A stretch of DNA of 64,000 nt from the NCBI GenBank assembly GCA_013239625.1, contig MU053881.1, forward strand, positions 2,542,001 through 2,606,000, read 5' to 3'. Numbering within the stretch: position 1 is the stretch's first letter; the number at the start of each line of letters is the position of its first letter. The notes below the pieces were generated by a model that did no database searches, was not told where the DNA came from, and worked only from the letters and a program-made list of their open reading frames with translations. Below are positions 38,547-50,749 of this stretch, in pieces. This DNA comes from Lama guanicoe. Taxonomy: Eukaryota. The position numbers and the translations under genes are program-made.

Positions 38547-38594
38547 CAGTTTGAGCCGGACATCGTAGCCACACTGGGTGTTGAGGACATCTTC
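38547..38594 (-). CDS. TSPAN17: TSPAN17 coding exon 6 (EDVLNTQCGYDVRLKL)
   Basis: 48 nt, cag acceptor and gtgagc donor, in frame. Confidence 0.96.
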
Positions 38595-39166
38595 CTGTGG
38601 AGAAACAGGCCAGGGAGCAAATTGGTGAGGGGGCACCCATGGGGCCTCACAGCGCCCAGCACTCAGGAGAGGCAGTTGAAATCATGGATTCTGCCGCATC
38701 CCCAGCTCCTTAAGTGAGGCTCGCTGGGGCCCAGGCGCCCCTCTCCCCGACGCCAGGGCGCAGGCTGCAATGCCAGCTTGAGCTGCCTCCCGCACAGGAA
38801 TCCTGCCTGCTGGTGTTGTACTAAGAATGGGAAGAAACCTGGCCCTCGGTGTCTCTGCACTGTGACTGGAGGGATGTCAGTGAGGGAAGCTTCTGCTCTA
38901 AAGAAAGCCACAAAGGGGTCAGAAGCCCAGCCTGCCACCCTAGCTTGGTGGCCCTAGAGCAGCCATCCCCATGCTGGCCTCAGCGCTGCCCTCGGACACA
39001 CGCTCCCCAGCCCAGCAGGGCTGCTCCCATGGCAGATGGGCTCCCAGACATTCCCGGCCCCCAGAGTAGGACGGAGCCAAGCCAGCCCGGAGCTGGGTTC
39101 TTCCCAGACTGGGCCTGCGCACTGCGAGGGCCCCCCCACCCCCCCTCCTCACAAGGCCCCACTCAC

Positions 39167-39292
39167 CGCAGGGTCCCTGACGCAACAGGAGAAGGGCACC
39201 CCACAGCGCTCCCGGCTCGGGTTCAAGTCAGTGCAGTTGAAGTAAATATTGAGGTTCCAGTCGTTGGGCCCTCGGGCTCCACAGCAAGACCA
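39167..39292 (-). CDS. TSPAN17: TSPAN17 coding exon 5 (WSCCGARGPNDWNLNIYFNCTDLNPSRERCGVPFSCCVRDPA)
   Basis: 126 nt, tag acceptor and gtgagt donor; CCG and PFSCC tetraspanin motifs. Confidence 0.97.
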
Positions 39293-41272
39293 CTAGGGGT
39301 GAGAGCAGAGCCCCGGATGAGCCAACCACAGGAGCCCCATCCCGTCTTGGGACAGGGCTGGCTGGGAGGGGGCCTAGAGGCAGCCAGGCAGGCGGGCACC
39401 TCCCCTGCAGACAGGCCGGGCCTGGGCCCAGGGCCGTCAGAGCAGCTCGAGGCTCCTGCCTGGGTTTGCTGGGAGCAGGAGGTAGTGGGAAGGGGCTCCT
39501 GAGTTTGTCCCCCCAGGAGAGGCTGCAAAAGGAAGGGAGAGGGCAAGGATGGTGGCCCAAGGACCGTGACTTCCTCTAGACCACCCTGAGGGGTGAGAGT
39601 TTCCACAAATCCTATGGGGAGAGGCACTACTGAACCCCACACCTGTGCTCGGTCTCCCCACACTTGTCCCAGAGATTTTTAAGAAAGACCTTCCCTCTAT
39701 CCTCTCTGCAGAGACAGCAGGGACAGCAGAGAACTTCTGCCACCCTCCTAACCATCCCACTCCACTTCATAAATGCTGCCATCAGCACCCGTATCCCTGT
39801 TACCTCTACCCAGAACATCGCGGGCATCCCCCCCACTGGGGGGTGGGGGCAATGGCCAGAGTGCGGCTGTGATGAAACAAGGGGCTCATCACCTAGTGGG
39901 GAGTCAGGAGCCTGCAGCCTTAACCCACCGACATGGCACAGGCTGCGGAAAGCCAGTCCTCAAAGGATGAGTTCAGGACAGACACAGGTATGCCCTGTGG
40001 GCTGAGCCGGGGAGTGAGGCCTGGCCATGCACTGGATGCTGGGATGCTGGGATGCTGGGACCCTGGGACCCTGGGACCCATGCAGGCGGGACCCTGGGAC
40101 CCGTGCAGGCAGGACCCGCAGCCTGGCTTCTGCCTGCCTCCCCACCCTCTGCTCAGCACCTGTGGCCCCTGCGGGAGAATACTTCACCCCTCTCTTCACA
40201 TCCTTACTCCTTCTCTTCCCCCAAGGTCACCCCCAGGGGCCTTCCCCTTCTCCACGCTTCTCCCTAACTCAGCTTGTACCCCAGTTTCTAATTCTACACA
40301 CACACACATGCACACATTTATTTATTTTGCTTGTTGACCATTTGTCTCTCCCCCTAGACTGCCATCCCCACGAAGATAGGTCCCAGCTTTTTTCACCACT
40401 GAATCCGCAGCACCTGGCCCCGGGCCTAGCACACAATAGGTCCATAATAATTCTGTGTTGAACAAAGAAATCACACCTAACCGCCTGGCTCTTAGTCTGC
40501 CTCTGCTCTGTGTTGAGAGCTCCTCAAAGCAGAAACCAGCTCTCATTCATCTCTGGATCCCAGAGCAGACTCTTGGGGTGGATGGTGCCAAAGGTGGGTG
40601 GCTGTGTCAGTGGCTATGACCTCATGCATGACTGTGTGTGTGACTGGGTATGACTGTGAGTGGGTGTGACTAAGCGTGTGAGTGGGTGAGAACGTGCAGT
40701 CGGCGGGTGTCAGGGATTTTGTGAACTGTCACTGACTGCTTCTCCTTCACAGTGGTTGGGTTTGCCAGCTTGAGGGCAGAGCTTCTGATATGGAGGTCTC
40801 AGACACTAGTGTGGTCAGAGGCCAAACCTAACACTATAAATGAGAGAAGTATAATGAATACAATAAACGGGTGTAGAGGAGATGGTGGCAGACAGAGAGC
40901 CCCTGTACCAGCAAGGGGGGCAGTGGCAATGCAGCCCCAGCCAAAACTGTGGGCTCAGTTTAGTAGGAGAAATCCATAGGAGAAATGTACATTTTTATGC
41001 CAAACTTCTTCTTTAAGTGTTTTGTAAGCCTGGCCGAGGAGCTGCCCGTTTGGAGCCTCTGGCTTCTGTTCCCCAACCCCGTGTCCCTGCAGGGCTAAGC
41101 ACAGGAGGATCACCAGGGGCTGGCTTCCTCTCACACGAGGGGATGCCTGGCTCTCTTATCCGCCTGGCCTGGTGGGAGAGGGAATGGTCCCAGCACACAG
41201 GGAACCTGCTCCCTCATTCGTCTGCTGGGCAGGTGCCTCCTGTGTGTGGCTGGAGCTGGAGGCCGAACTCAC

Positions 41273-41443
41273 GTATTCCTGAGCAAAGTCAATGAGGTTC
41301 TGGAGGTCAATGTCGTCCCGATAGGCCTTGACGTTGTTGTTAATGAAGAGGTTGAGCTGGTCTCGAATCCAGTCCTTGAAGACGAAGGCCAGGATCCCTG
41401 TTGCCAGCTCCAGGAAGAAGATGAGGCCAAGGAACACGGAGAA
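41273..41443 (-). CDS. TSPAN17: TSPAN17 coding exon 4 (FSVFLGLIFFLELATGILAF...NLIDFAQEY)
   Basis: 171 nt, cag acceptor and gtgagt donor; overlaps ORF 41156..41437; TM3 and start of the large extracellular loop. Confidence 0.97.
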
Positions 41444-42311
41444 CTGGGGTTGGGGGCATACAGACAGTGGGGGTCAGAGATACAGGCTGGGGTGCCAGTG
41501 GCGGGGCTCCACCCCCCACCCTGACCCATGAGAGCCCAGAGTCCCCACCTTCTACCAAGTTAGTATTGGGTTTTTGTTTTTGTTTTTGTTTTCGGTTGCG
41601 CTACCGCACTGGATAATACTGTCTTACGATGAAAAAAAAAATGGTGCTGTTCTTACCTACCCATCCACTCCACTTCCCCTGTTGTCTTTGAGAAACCACC
41701 CTCCACATGCACCTTCAGTTTCTGTAGCTCAGAGCCGTCACCACCTCTTGCCCCACTCTCAGATAGAGGACTGGGCATGCGCCGGGAGCCCACCAATCAG
41801 AGCGCTACCTCCCTGGGGCCACAGGGATTGGTCCAGAGACAGCCAATCAGGATCAAGGAGGTGCAATTACAGGACTTTGGTAGAATGGTTGGGAAGAGAG
41901 AGCCTCGCACAGCCTCCAGCAAGGGTTCCTAAGAGGGCGGCGCGAAGCCAGCACCCATCGTCCATTCCTGGACATCTTCCTACCCCAAGGAGACTGAAGC
42001 CAAACTGTAGAGACAGAGCTAAGAAACTGAGAGACTAGGCCAAGTGGCACTGTGGTGGCCCCTGGATCCAAATCTGCCAGCAGCTAACAAATCCCTGGGC
42101 TTGTACTAATGAGCCATAAACGCCCTTTTCACTTAGGCCACTGGGTTTCGGTCACTTGCAACAGAAAGGATCCTATAGACAATACAAATCTGTGATCACT
42201 GTTACAATAACATAATAATAAAAACTACCCATTATTAAGCACGAACTATATGCAAAAGGTGGGTGGGAAGAGGTTGTGGTCCCCAGTGGATCTAAGTGGG
42301 AGGGCACTCAC

Positions 42312-42458
42312 AAACTTGAGCAGGAAGGTGTTCTCCCGGAGGGCTCCAATGCAGCCGGCAAAGCCCAGCACGGACATGACACCTCCAACCACTACGAACA
42401 GCCACACAGGGTCAAGGCCTCCCAGATCGGTCAGTGCAGAGATGTTGGAGAGGACGCC
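42312..42458 (-). CDS. TSPAN17: TSPAN17 coding exon 3 ([49 protein letters not shown])
   Basis: 147 nt, AG/GT flanks, tetraspanin [13 protein letters not shown]2 motif. Confidence 0.97.
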
Positions 42459-42550
42459 CTGTGCAGGGGGAGCAGAGACAAATGGGGGGGGGGCTCACCC
42501 TCCCTCTACCTTGACACCCAGCAGCCCCACACCCTACCCCACCACCTTAC

Positions 42551-42601
42551 CTTCTCACCCCAGGCCCAGAGGCCAATGGCCAGGAATAGGGCTCCCAGCA
42601 C
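42551..42601 (-). CDS. TSPAN17: TSPAN17 coding exon 2 (VLGALFLAIGLWAWGEK)
   Basis: 51 nt, ctgcag acceptor and gtaag donor, phase 0/0, remainder of TM1. Confidence 0.96.
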
Positions 42602-45600
42602 CTGCAGGAGGAGCAGCAAAGAGCTAAGGGCTGGGGCACTAGCATCCTTTCCCACCCCCAGTGGTACCCCTCTGCCAGCTAGTGCTCAGGATCTTCAGGA
42701 AGCCAGAGGGAAAGAGAGAAAGAGGAGGAAGTTCTCTAAATGAGACCCAAGATCCTTTCCACCTTTGCAAGAATGCACCTCAGTGTTTCTTCCCCACAGG
42801 ACACAGCTGGGAAGACTGAATCCTCCCTAGCCCTAAGAGGGACATAGGGGCCCCTTCCTGGAACTCAGAACTGGAGCAGAGGGTGGCCAGAACACTCTCA
42901 CCAAGCAGCAGCAGCTGTTTCCTGAGTTGGCGCTTCCACTCTAGGCCCGTGTTGGGGTTCCAGATTCCTGGCATCCTCTCTGCCCCCTCCCAAGTCTGGC
43001 CTTCCTGCTGCCCTGCAACACTGTGACCTCCACCCTACTCGCCTCCCACCATTTCAACCTCCATCTGGCAGAGTCCACTTTTGCAGCTCACAGCCAAGGA
43101 CCCCTGAGTAACAAGAAATCCTGAAGCAAGGCAGGATGCAGCTGAGGGGCCCAAGCCTTCTAAACACCAGCCACTGTCCCATCTCATTTCCTTCCTGGGA
43201 AGAGCCCTGGACATCCAGGCCAGCTGCCTGACCCTGGGCAGGATGTCTAGCCTCAGAGGGAGAGCGCCCCTCCTGCCCAAACCCAAGGCCATGACCTCAC
43301 CTCTTCAGACCTCACCCACCCACTTACTTTCTCTCCAGGCTCCCCTCCCTCAGCACATAGCCCCAGTCAACTCCACCCCTGACCACCCTTAGCACCTTCC
43401 CCTCTCTGGCCCCAGGCTCCTTCCACTGCTGTACTCATTCTCTAGAAATATTTTTCCTCCCCTCCCCCACACTGGATCTGGGATGTGAAACTAAACATCA
43501 CTTCTCCTGCCTCATCCCACTTGACCTGCCCATGGCCTTTAGACAAATGAGTGATCATTATTTTCTCCTCCCTGAAACCTCTCCATGGTTCGCACAATGC
43601 TGTTCCTCCCCCTGCCCTTTCTCAGCCTTCCCCCTGCAATTCTCTGCTTTACCTGCACCAGGCACATCCCCCACCAGGTTCCAACCTCAGCCGACTACCC
43701 TCTCCTCCTCACTCTCATCTCCCACCCCACCCTGACACTGGCACTCCCTGATCTCCACCCAGACCTCTCCCTGGCTCTAGACCCCTCCGTCCACCTGCCT
43801 GCTGCAGACACCTCCAAATCCCAGGCTCCGTTCAGTGTGCTGGAAATACATCAGCGAATAGGACCCATGAGCTCTAGGCCCTCATGGAGTTTACACTCCA
43901 GTGGGGGAAATCCACAGTGAGCAAACTAGGTAATTTCAGATACCAACAGACGTTTTAAAAAAATCAAACAGGATGATGTGATGGGGAGTGACTGGGGTGG
44001 TGGGGGCGTGTTTCAGTCAGGGAGAGTGGTGACATTTTAGCTGATGTTTGAATGATGGAAAGGCACAACAAGGGGAAAAGACTTCCAAGAGGGAGGACTG
44101 GCAAAGGCCCAGAGGTAAGATCACATTTGGCAGAGCAAGGGACAAACTGACGGGCAGCAGGGCCACCCTCCACAGGGTGCTGCGGGTCACAGGGAGGAGT
44201 CTGGACTGCATGCTAGTGAGAAGAAACTTGCAGGCTCTGAGCAGGATAACATCAGGGTCTGCTTTCCATTAAAACAAAAAACTCTCTGGTCTTGTTTCAC
44301 AGGTACCTCCTTCAGGCCACCTTGGCCCAAACCTGAAACCCTCCCTCCATACCCCCAAGTGCCCCAGTCCTGTCCATTTAGCCTCATAACTTCCCGTGGA
44401 GCCTTCCTCACCTTTCCCACCTGCCACCCTCCCAGCTTTGCCCCAGTCCTCCTCCCTGGTCTCCTCACCTCCAATCCCTGCCCCTCACTCACCCTCCCCA
44501 TGGCAGCCAGACAGATCTGCAACCAACACAGAAGCCAGAACAGACCCATCACCCAGCACTGAAGCCCACAGTGCTCCACACTGTCCTCAACATAAAACTC
44601 AAACTCTCTGACCCAGCCCAGGGGCCTTTCACACTCTGGCTCCCTGCCTGGGGTGGGGGATGGGGCACGTACCTGCAACAAGCCTGGGTCTCTCCTGCCT
44701 CTCCCCGCCTTGACACTCGGGGGCTCCCTCTGCTCAATGCTCTGCCTCACCTACACCTACTTGCCCACTGGGCTGTCACCTTAGCTCTGTGGTGGCTGGC
44801 TGTGTGACTCTGGGTTAAATGACTTAACCTCTCTGTGCCTGTTTTCTCATCTATAAAATGTAGGTAATAATAAAGGGGCCATGAGAATACAGTGAGGTAT
44901 AATTCATTTAACCTGCCTAACAGCCCTGAGGGGCAGGTTTCATTATCACCCTCTCCCAGGCAGGGAAGCTGAGGCCCAGAGAGAAGTGATCTGCCCAGTC
45001 TCACAGCTAGGCCTGCTACACCCAGAGCCCCAGACTGCCTCAACCAGTGCTCTCTGCACGTGGCCAACACTCCGAGAGCTGGGCGCTGCTGGGGTCAAAG
45101 GACACCCACACTGTATGAGCAGCATGTGGGTAGAGGGCAGTGCCACTGAGTTCTGCTGAACAAAACTGAATGCGCCTGGCATTCTAACCCAAGGTGTCAG
45201 GAGCAGAAACTGCAGAGGCAGCAAGCAGCCTTGGAGAGATGGGATGGGGGAGGGAGAAGGGAAAGATGACTTGGCAGGGCCCAGGGGCACAGATGCCACC
45301 CTGGGAGGGGCACCAGCAGCTCCTTCTCCAGGCAGGGGCAGCCCCGCCCTGAAACCTCGGTTTTGTCAGCTGTGGAATGTAGAATTCTGTTCCCCAGGGC
45401 CAGCTCCCGGCCTCTCAACAGGGGATATTCCCCTGGCCCAGACAGAGAACTAGGGCGATTGGCCCTCCCTGCCCGAAAGCCTCTTAGTTTAGGGCAGGGA
45501 GGAGGGGTAGGGAGGGCCGAGGGGCTTTGACCTACCCCTCTTTGTAGGAGCTTAAGGCGAGGCAGCAGGCCCAGGGTCTGGAGGGGTAAAGGAACAGGAG

Positions 45601-45949
45601 AGGGGATCGGGCCCTTCGCGGAGGCTCTCCCTACCGGCAAACCAGGGGTAGGGCTCCGCGCACCCCCCCTACCTCAGGGTGCAAGGGGGCTGGGAGGGAG
45701 AGAGGACGACCAAGCGTGCCCTGGGGTCTTCAAGGAAACACCTCCCCCTTTTCCGCAGGGCCTTGGGAAGACCCCCGGAGACTACCCCTCCCCACCCTAT
45801 TCCTGCAGTGGCTGGGACCCGCCCCCTGTAATCCGGGCCTCTGTTGGTCCTGGGGGTGGGCGTGGAGGTGGGAGTGGGAGGAAGGAGTCGGGGGGCGATC
45901 TCAAGCCCAGGTGGCAGGGTGGTCTTCCCCTAGTAGGGGACTGAGCCTC

Positions 45950-46600
45950 CTTCTCCCGCCACCCTTAGCACAGGGCCAGGAACCCACCCCGCGCTCACCC
46001 AGAAGACGATGTTGAAGCCAAACAGGAAGTATTTCCCGCAGCAGCCGACCTCCGGTTCCTGGAAGTGCTGGTGCTTGCCGGGCATGGTGAGCGGCTGCCC
46101 GCCGGCCCGGGAACCGGAGCCGGGGACCAGGCCCAGGCCTCCACGGGCCGCCCTGGGCTAGAGCCGCCCAGGGCCTAGCCCGGCGGCTGCGGCTTCATGG
46201 CCGCGGCCACACAGAGTGCCGGTCGGGCCCCGCCCGCCCTGCAGGGACCGCCCCCGGCGCCCGGACAACCCCCTGCTCAGTGCCCTCGGAGCCCCGCCTC
46301 CACTAGGCCTGACTCCGCCCCTCTTCGGTCCCCCTTGGAGCCCCGCCTCTAGGCTTGGCTCCGCCCCCGCCTGACTGTCCCACCCCAGGCCCCACCCCTC
46401 AGCCTGACTCAAGCCCCCCGAGCCGCGCCTCCAGGCCTGACTCCGCCTCGTGCGCCTGCCGCGGCCCCAGGCTCTCCAGCGTCCTTCAGATCCACCTGAG
46501 ACGCTTGCTGGTGGCACCGTAAGTCGCTGGCAGGAAAGACCCCCAGTTCCCCCGCAAGGCTCAGTGCCAGCGCCACCCCAATCCCCGGCCTTGCTGTCGG
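45950..46600 (-). promoter_or_regulatory. TSPAN17 CpG-island promoter with multiple GC boxes and an AP-1 site (TGACTCA 46405-46411)
   Basis: High CpG density around exon 1; repeated CCGCCC/CCGCCT motifs at 46230-46450. Confidence 0.85.
45999..46085 (-). CDS. TSPAN17: Tetraspanin-17 coding exon 1 (MPGKHQHFQEPEVGCCGKYFLFGFNIVFW)
   Basis: ATG at 46085 in an accATG context inside a CpG island; 87 nt; donor TGG|gtgagc; typical TspanC8 N-terminus. Confidence 0.97.
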
Positions 46601-47073
46601 AGCCTATCCCTTCAGAGGAATAACTACGGCGCTGGTGACCGAGCGATGGGGATGGTTATATGGATCGTGTTTTTAACACACGTGCAGGACGTTTTATTAC
46701 AGTGGAGTCGAATCAGAAGCGTTTCTCGCTAGAAGGAAATTCAGCTAACCTATACCGGTTCAAACTCAGACCAGATGACACCTGGGTCTTGTGAGGGACG
46801 CACCTGCTGCTTCCTGCCCCTTCAGTTTCGCCAGGGTCATTACCACACGCCCTGGCTCAAAACCCTTTGGTAGCTGAAGCTCCCCAGACTAACCACTTTC
46901 CCCCGTACCAGCTTGGGCCCTGATCAGTCTCCTTGGTACCTGGGAGTCTCCCATGAGCCCTCTCAAGACAGGACTGGAGCAGATGAAGGTTGGCGGTGGG
47001 GGCGGGAGGGGGTGCAGAATCTTACTTAACTTTAGAGCCCTCTTTAAAAATAATTCCAGTTTGTTTAAAAGTC

Positions 47074-47079
47074 TTTATT
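47074..47079 (-). terminator. EIF4E1B polyadenylation signal AATAAA (a second candidate lies at 46693-46698)
   Basis: First minus-strand AATAAA I found after the stop (about 755 nt), in an AT-rich context. Confidence 0.65.
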
Positions 47080-47747
47080 AAGAACAGGCACAGAAAGGGG
47101 CTTAAGCTTCATCACCTGCCAGTTAATCCACCTGTAGCAGAACCACAGTAAGGCCTGACCCCCACCGTCATCCCTTCCTGGGCCAGCCCCTCTCCATCCC
47201 TCCAAACACACTCTAGGGACCCACACCCAGCCGGCTGACAGAAGGCACGGGATACAGGGTGGACTCCAAGGCTACAAACCTCATGAGAGGCAGCCCATAA
47301 AAGGGTTTAAAGCAGAGCGATCACTCAGCAGACCCCTACTCCTGCCCCTGAGTTCCATCTCTCAGAATGTCAGGGGCCTTGAGCTCCCTCCCCTGAAATG
47401 GAAGAGTCTGGCCCTCAGGCCACCTAGCCCCCTTCCGGGCACAGAGTAAATGCTGGGTCACATAGGATTCTCTCCAGGTATCTTTCCTCCTGCAGTCAAG
47501 CCCACTTTCCCACTGACTCACCTCACCCCGCTCTACCTAACCTGCCGTCCCGGGGTGAAACAAGAAGCCCAGCGTCTCCTCCACCTTTCTGCTGCCCTGG
47601 GTCCTCAGGTCCCCCACACACACCATCACCATCACCACCACCAGAGCTGCCCCTAGGCTAGGGCCTCAATTCACATGAAAGCGTGTTCATATTCACTCTA
47701 GGACACGTGAGAACTATGCCATCTGCCCCCGGCCCAGCCCAGCCCCC

Positions 47748-47783
47748 ATACACACATAGACACACACACACACACACACACAC
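47748..47783. repeat. (CA)n microsatellite; reads (UG)n in the EIF4E1B 3'UTR
   Basis: atacacacatagacacacacacacacacacacacac. Confidence 0.9.
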
Positions 47784-47833
47784 AGCAGTGGGCGTCTCAG
47801 GGGCAGCCGAATGGGCAGTGGTGCTAGGGTCCC

Positions 47834-47948
47834 TCACACCACAAACTTGTTCTTGGCCAGAGAGTTGCTCTTGGTGGCCGTGTCTGCATGGGCCTGGTAC
47901 CCAATGATGGTCTTTGAGGAGAGGCCCAGGCGCTCTTTGTAGACACGC
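47834..47948 (-). CDS. EIF4E1B: EIF4E1B last coding exon (RVYKERLGLSSKTIIGYQAHADTATKSNSLAKNKFVV*)
   Basis: 115 nt, cccag acceptor, TGA at 47836-47834; total CDS 747 nt = 248 aa. Confidence 0.97.
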
Positions 47949-48159
47949 CTGGGAGTTAAGTGAGGAGGAAATGAGACAGGCAGTCAGTAGCGGGTCCTGG
48001 AGATAACCTGGGACCCTGGGTCTTTTGCCCAGAGCTCCTACCCTGGTTCCAACCACAGTCACTCCTGTTGCATGTGTTTGTGTCTTACCTATTGTGAAAC
48101 CCAAAATATGACTAATGCAAAAGGAAAGAGGTCTGCTAAGAAGTAGTTTGAAATCTACT

Positions 48160-48290
48160 CTACAGCTCAGGGAACTCTATTCAATATCTTGTAATAACCT
48201 ATAATGAAAATTCGAACTGAAGTCACTATGCTGTACACCAGAAACACAACATTGTAAATCAACTATACTTCAATTTTAAAAAATCATTTA
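48160..48290 (+). mobile_element. Short L1 3'-end fragment in the last EIF4E1B intron
   Basis: agggaactctattcaatatcttgtaataacc...cattgtaaatcaactatacttcaa matches the 25230-25355 L1 tail; gaaatcta on both sides. Confidence 0.75.
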
Positions 48291-48419
48291 GAAATCTATA
48301 TTCCACAGCCTTTATACACGTGGGGAAGGGTGAAGGGGGAGGCATCCCGGGGAGTTTCAGACATCTCCTTCTCCCTTAGAAGAGGCCAGCCCCCACCCCG
48401 TGCCAGAGATACCCCTCAC

Positions 48420-48559
48420 CCGATGTGCAGCACGCCCGCCTGGTTCTCCGCCTCCCTGGTCCACACAGCAATCTTGTCCCCCTTGGCTCGGATGTTGATG
48501 ACAGCCCCACACACCTCCCGGCTGTGCTCCTCAAAGCTCTCCCCGATCAGAAACAGCAG
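48420..48559 (-). CDS. EIF4E1B: EIF4E1B coding exon 6 (LLFLIGESFEEHSREVCGAVINIRAKGDKIAVWTREAENQAGVLHIG)
   Basis: 140 nt, cag/gtgagg flanks; R157, K162 and W166 equivalents present. Confidence 0.97.
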
Positions 48560-48668
48560 CTGGGGCCGAAGGGGAGGAGGAGGAGACTGAGCCCGCCTTC
48601 CTTGAGACCACAGCCACCATACCAGCCCCACACCTCCCCCTGGGCCCCGCTCCCAGGCCTGGACTCAC

Positions 48669-48782
48669 GGTCTCCAGCCACAGGTGGTCCAGCTCGCTGT
48701 GGCGCTGCTGCTTGGCGAGGCTGACCAGCCAGCGGCCACCGCGCTTATTTCTGCTGTCTTCCCACATGGGCTCAATGCCATC
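48669..48782 (-). CDS. EIF4E1B: EIF4E1B coding exon 5 (DGIEPMWEDSRNKRGGRWLVSLAKQQRHSELDHLWLET)
   Basis: 114 nt, cag/gtgagt flanks; cap-binding W102/E103 equivalent (MWED). Confidence 0.97.
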
Positions 48783-49533
48783 CTGGGGGGTGGGATGGCA
48801 AATCAGCTACCTCCCTTTGTTCAAAGGGAAATGAGGGCTCAGCCACCTCCCCAGGCCCTGCTCCGTCCCCCCTCACCAAGCCAGGTTCTCTCTGCCTCCA
48901 TCCCTTCTGTACAAGCCAGCTTCACCACCAGCCATTCCACCCCCCGCACCCTCCTGTGTGCTCCCCAGTGCCCCTGAACCTCTACATCTGTCACCTATGT
49001 GGCCTTGCATAGGTGGGTTTGTCATCTGTCACCTTACATGGCCTCGCATAGGTGGGTTTGTCTCCTTTACTGAGCTGAGTTCCTTGAGATGAGAGTTCAA
49101 ATAGGGGTGAGTAAGGAAGCACCTGGGGCAACCCCAGTGCGGGCAAAGGCAGACGTCCCAGACTTGGCACAAGCCACCTGGGGAAACCTCTTAACACTGC
49201 TGTCAGGGCCCCACCGCACAGCACCTCCAGGACATTGATGAGTGTCTCTGGGCCATCCTGATGCACGTCCCCAGTTAAGGAGCCAGGCCAGAAACCTAGG
49301 CTCCTTCCTTGCTCCCCCCCTCCTTCCCCTCCCCTGTCCTTCAAGGTACCACTCGGGGCTGGCACTCTGTCCAGGCTCCTCTGGGTGCATGGTTTCCCAG
49401 AAATCACACTCGGCTCTGAGGGAGGCTGTTCTTGGCACCCGACCCCCAAATCCCCTGCGAGGGAGGAACGCAGCAGAAGCAGGGGAGAATCGGCCCCGTG
49501 CTGGTGCTGAGGAGTGCGGAAGCCTAGGCTTAC

Positions 49534-49597
49534 CTTGAACAGGGCGTAGTCACAGCCGGAGGAGAGCTTACTGGCGAGCTGGATGTTACTGTACATC
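49534..49597 (-). CDS. EIF4E1B: EIF4E1B coding exon 4 (MYSNIQLASKLSSGCDYALFK)
   Basis: 64 nt, cag/gtaagc flanks; SKLSSGCDY is the 1B-type sequence (eIF4E1 has SNLMPGCDY). Confidence 0.97.
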
Positions 49598-50200
49598 CTG
49601 CAGAAAGGTCCCCACCCCAGGCTGAAAGTCCGGGCTTTTTAGGGCCTGGTTTCCTATTGGCCTCAGACCCCTCACCTTCTTACCAGACCCCACTGCTTCC
49701 CACCCCACCTTCCAGCCTCCAAGCCTTTGCTCAGACAGGTACTCCCTGCCAGGAATCCCATCCCCACTTACCCAAACCCTCAAATGCCACCTTCTCACCA
49801 CCCCTCCCCTGCACCCCAGGGTCTGTGGAGCACCTTTCAGATCCCCTCACTTGATCACCACAGACACTGAGACAGCCTCAAACTCTCTTTGTGGCTGAGA
49901 CAAGCTCAGAGAGGAAGGAACTTGCCCAGGGTCACAAAGCATGAAGCTGCAGAGTCAGGGTTAACTCCTGGCTTCTCTCACTTCCAGGCTCTCTCCTGAG
50001 CCCCGAGAAGCCTTCAGTGGGGCCTGTGCCCCAGTCCAATCCCCCTACCACCTCCCTGCAAAACCTCTGCAAGACGCGGCCAGGCCCCCGGGAGGGCTGG
50101 AAAAGCTGTGTGGGAGGCAGCCCCCAGGAGGGGTGGGGTCTGGGAAGGATCCCCGGCGCGGGGCGCCCTGGTCCTGGCCTCCTCCATGAGGGACACTCAC

Positions 50201-50296
50201 GCCCAGAAGTCCTCCACGGTGTCAAACTTGGTGACCAGATGCAGGTTGTCCTGCCAGGCCCGGCTACGGTCATTCTTGAAGAACCACAGAGCCCAC
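50201..50296 (-). CDS. EIF4E1B: EIF4E1B coding exon 3 (WALWFFKNDRSRAWQDNLHLVTKFDTVEDFWA)
   Basis: 96 nt, tag/gtgagt flanks; contains the W43, W46, W56 and W73 equivalents of eIF4E. Confidence 0.97.
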
Positions 50297-50495
50297 CTAG
50301 AAGAGGGGGGCCAGGAGCAAGAAGAGCACCCCACCCCGTGCCGCCCCCAGCAGCACCCAGGTTGGCAGGGAAGTCCCGCCCCTTCTGGGATAAACTGCGA
50401 GATGGGATCTGGGGCACAGCCCCCTGCACTCTCACCCTCACCCAAGGGGGCTGGAGTCAGTTATCCTGAAGGGCTGTGGACAAGCGAGGACAGTT

Positions 50496-50620
50496 TTTTG
50501 TTTGTTTTTGAAGGGGAGGTAGTTCGGTGTACTTATTTATTTAATGGAGGTACTGGGGTTTGAACCTAGGACCTTGTGCGTGCTAAGCTGCACTCCGCCA
50601 CTGAGCTCTAAACTCCCCCC
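50496..50620 (-). mobile_element. tRNA-derived SINE (camelid Vic-1-like) in an EIF4E1B intron
   Basis: Pol III A/B boxes (agctcagtgg...ggttcaaaccc), A-rich tail, TSD aagcgaggacagtt (50482) / aagtgagggcagtt (50621). Confidence 0.85.
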
Positions 50621-50749
50621 AAGTGAGGGCAGTTAACCTCTTAGCTGGGTTAAGGCTGGAAGGGCCAACAGAGCCCAAGTCTGAGGCCAGCTCTGGACTC
50701 TCCCAGGTGAGGAGCTGAGTCTGAGGCCGCAGAGCAGGGCCTGCCCTAC

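Noticed and set aside
38849..39502. 217-aa plus-strand ORF antisense to TSPAN17
   Set aside because: Low-complexity Pro/Gly/Ala content, non-ATG start, expected by chance in GC-rich DNA
48991..49596. 201-aa ORF starting MYSNIQLASK as a separate protein
   Set aside because: Only the first 21 codons are EIF4E1B exon 4; the rest is intron read-through past a consensus gtaagc donor
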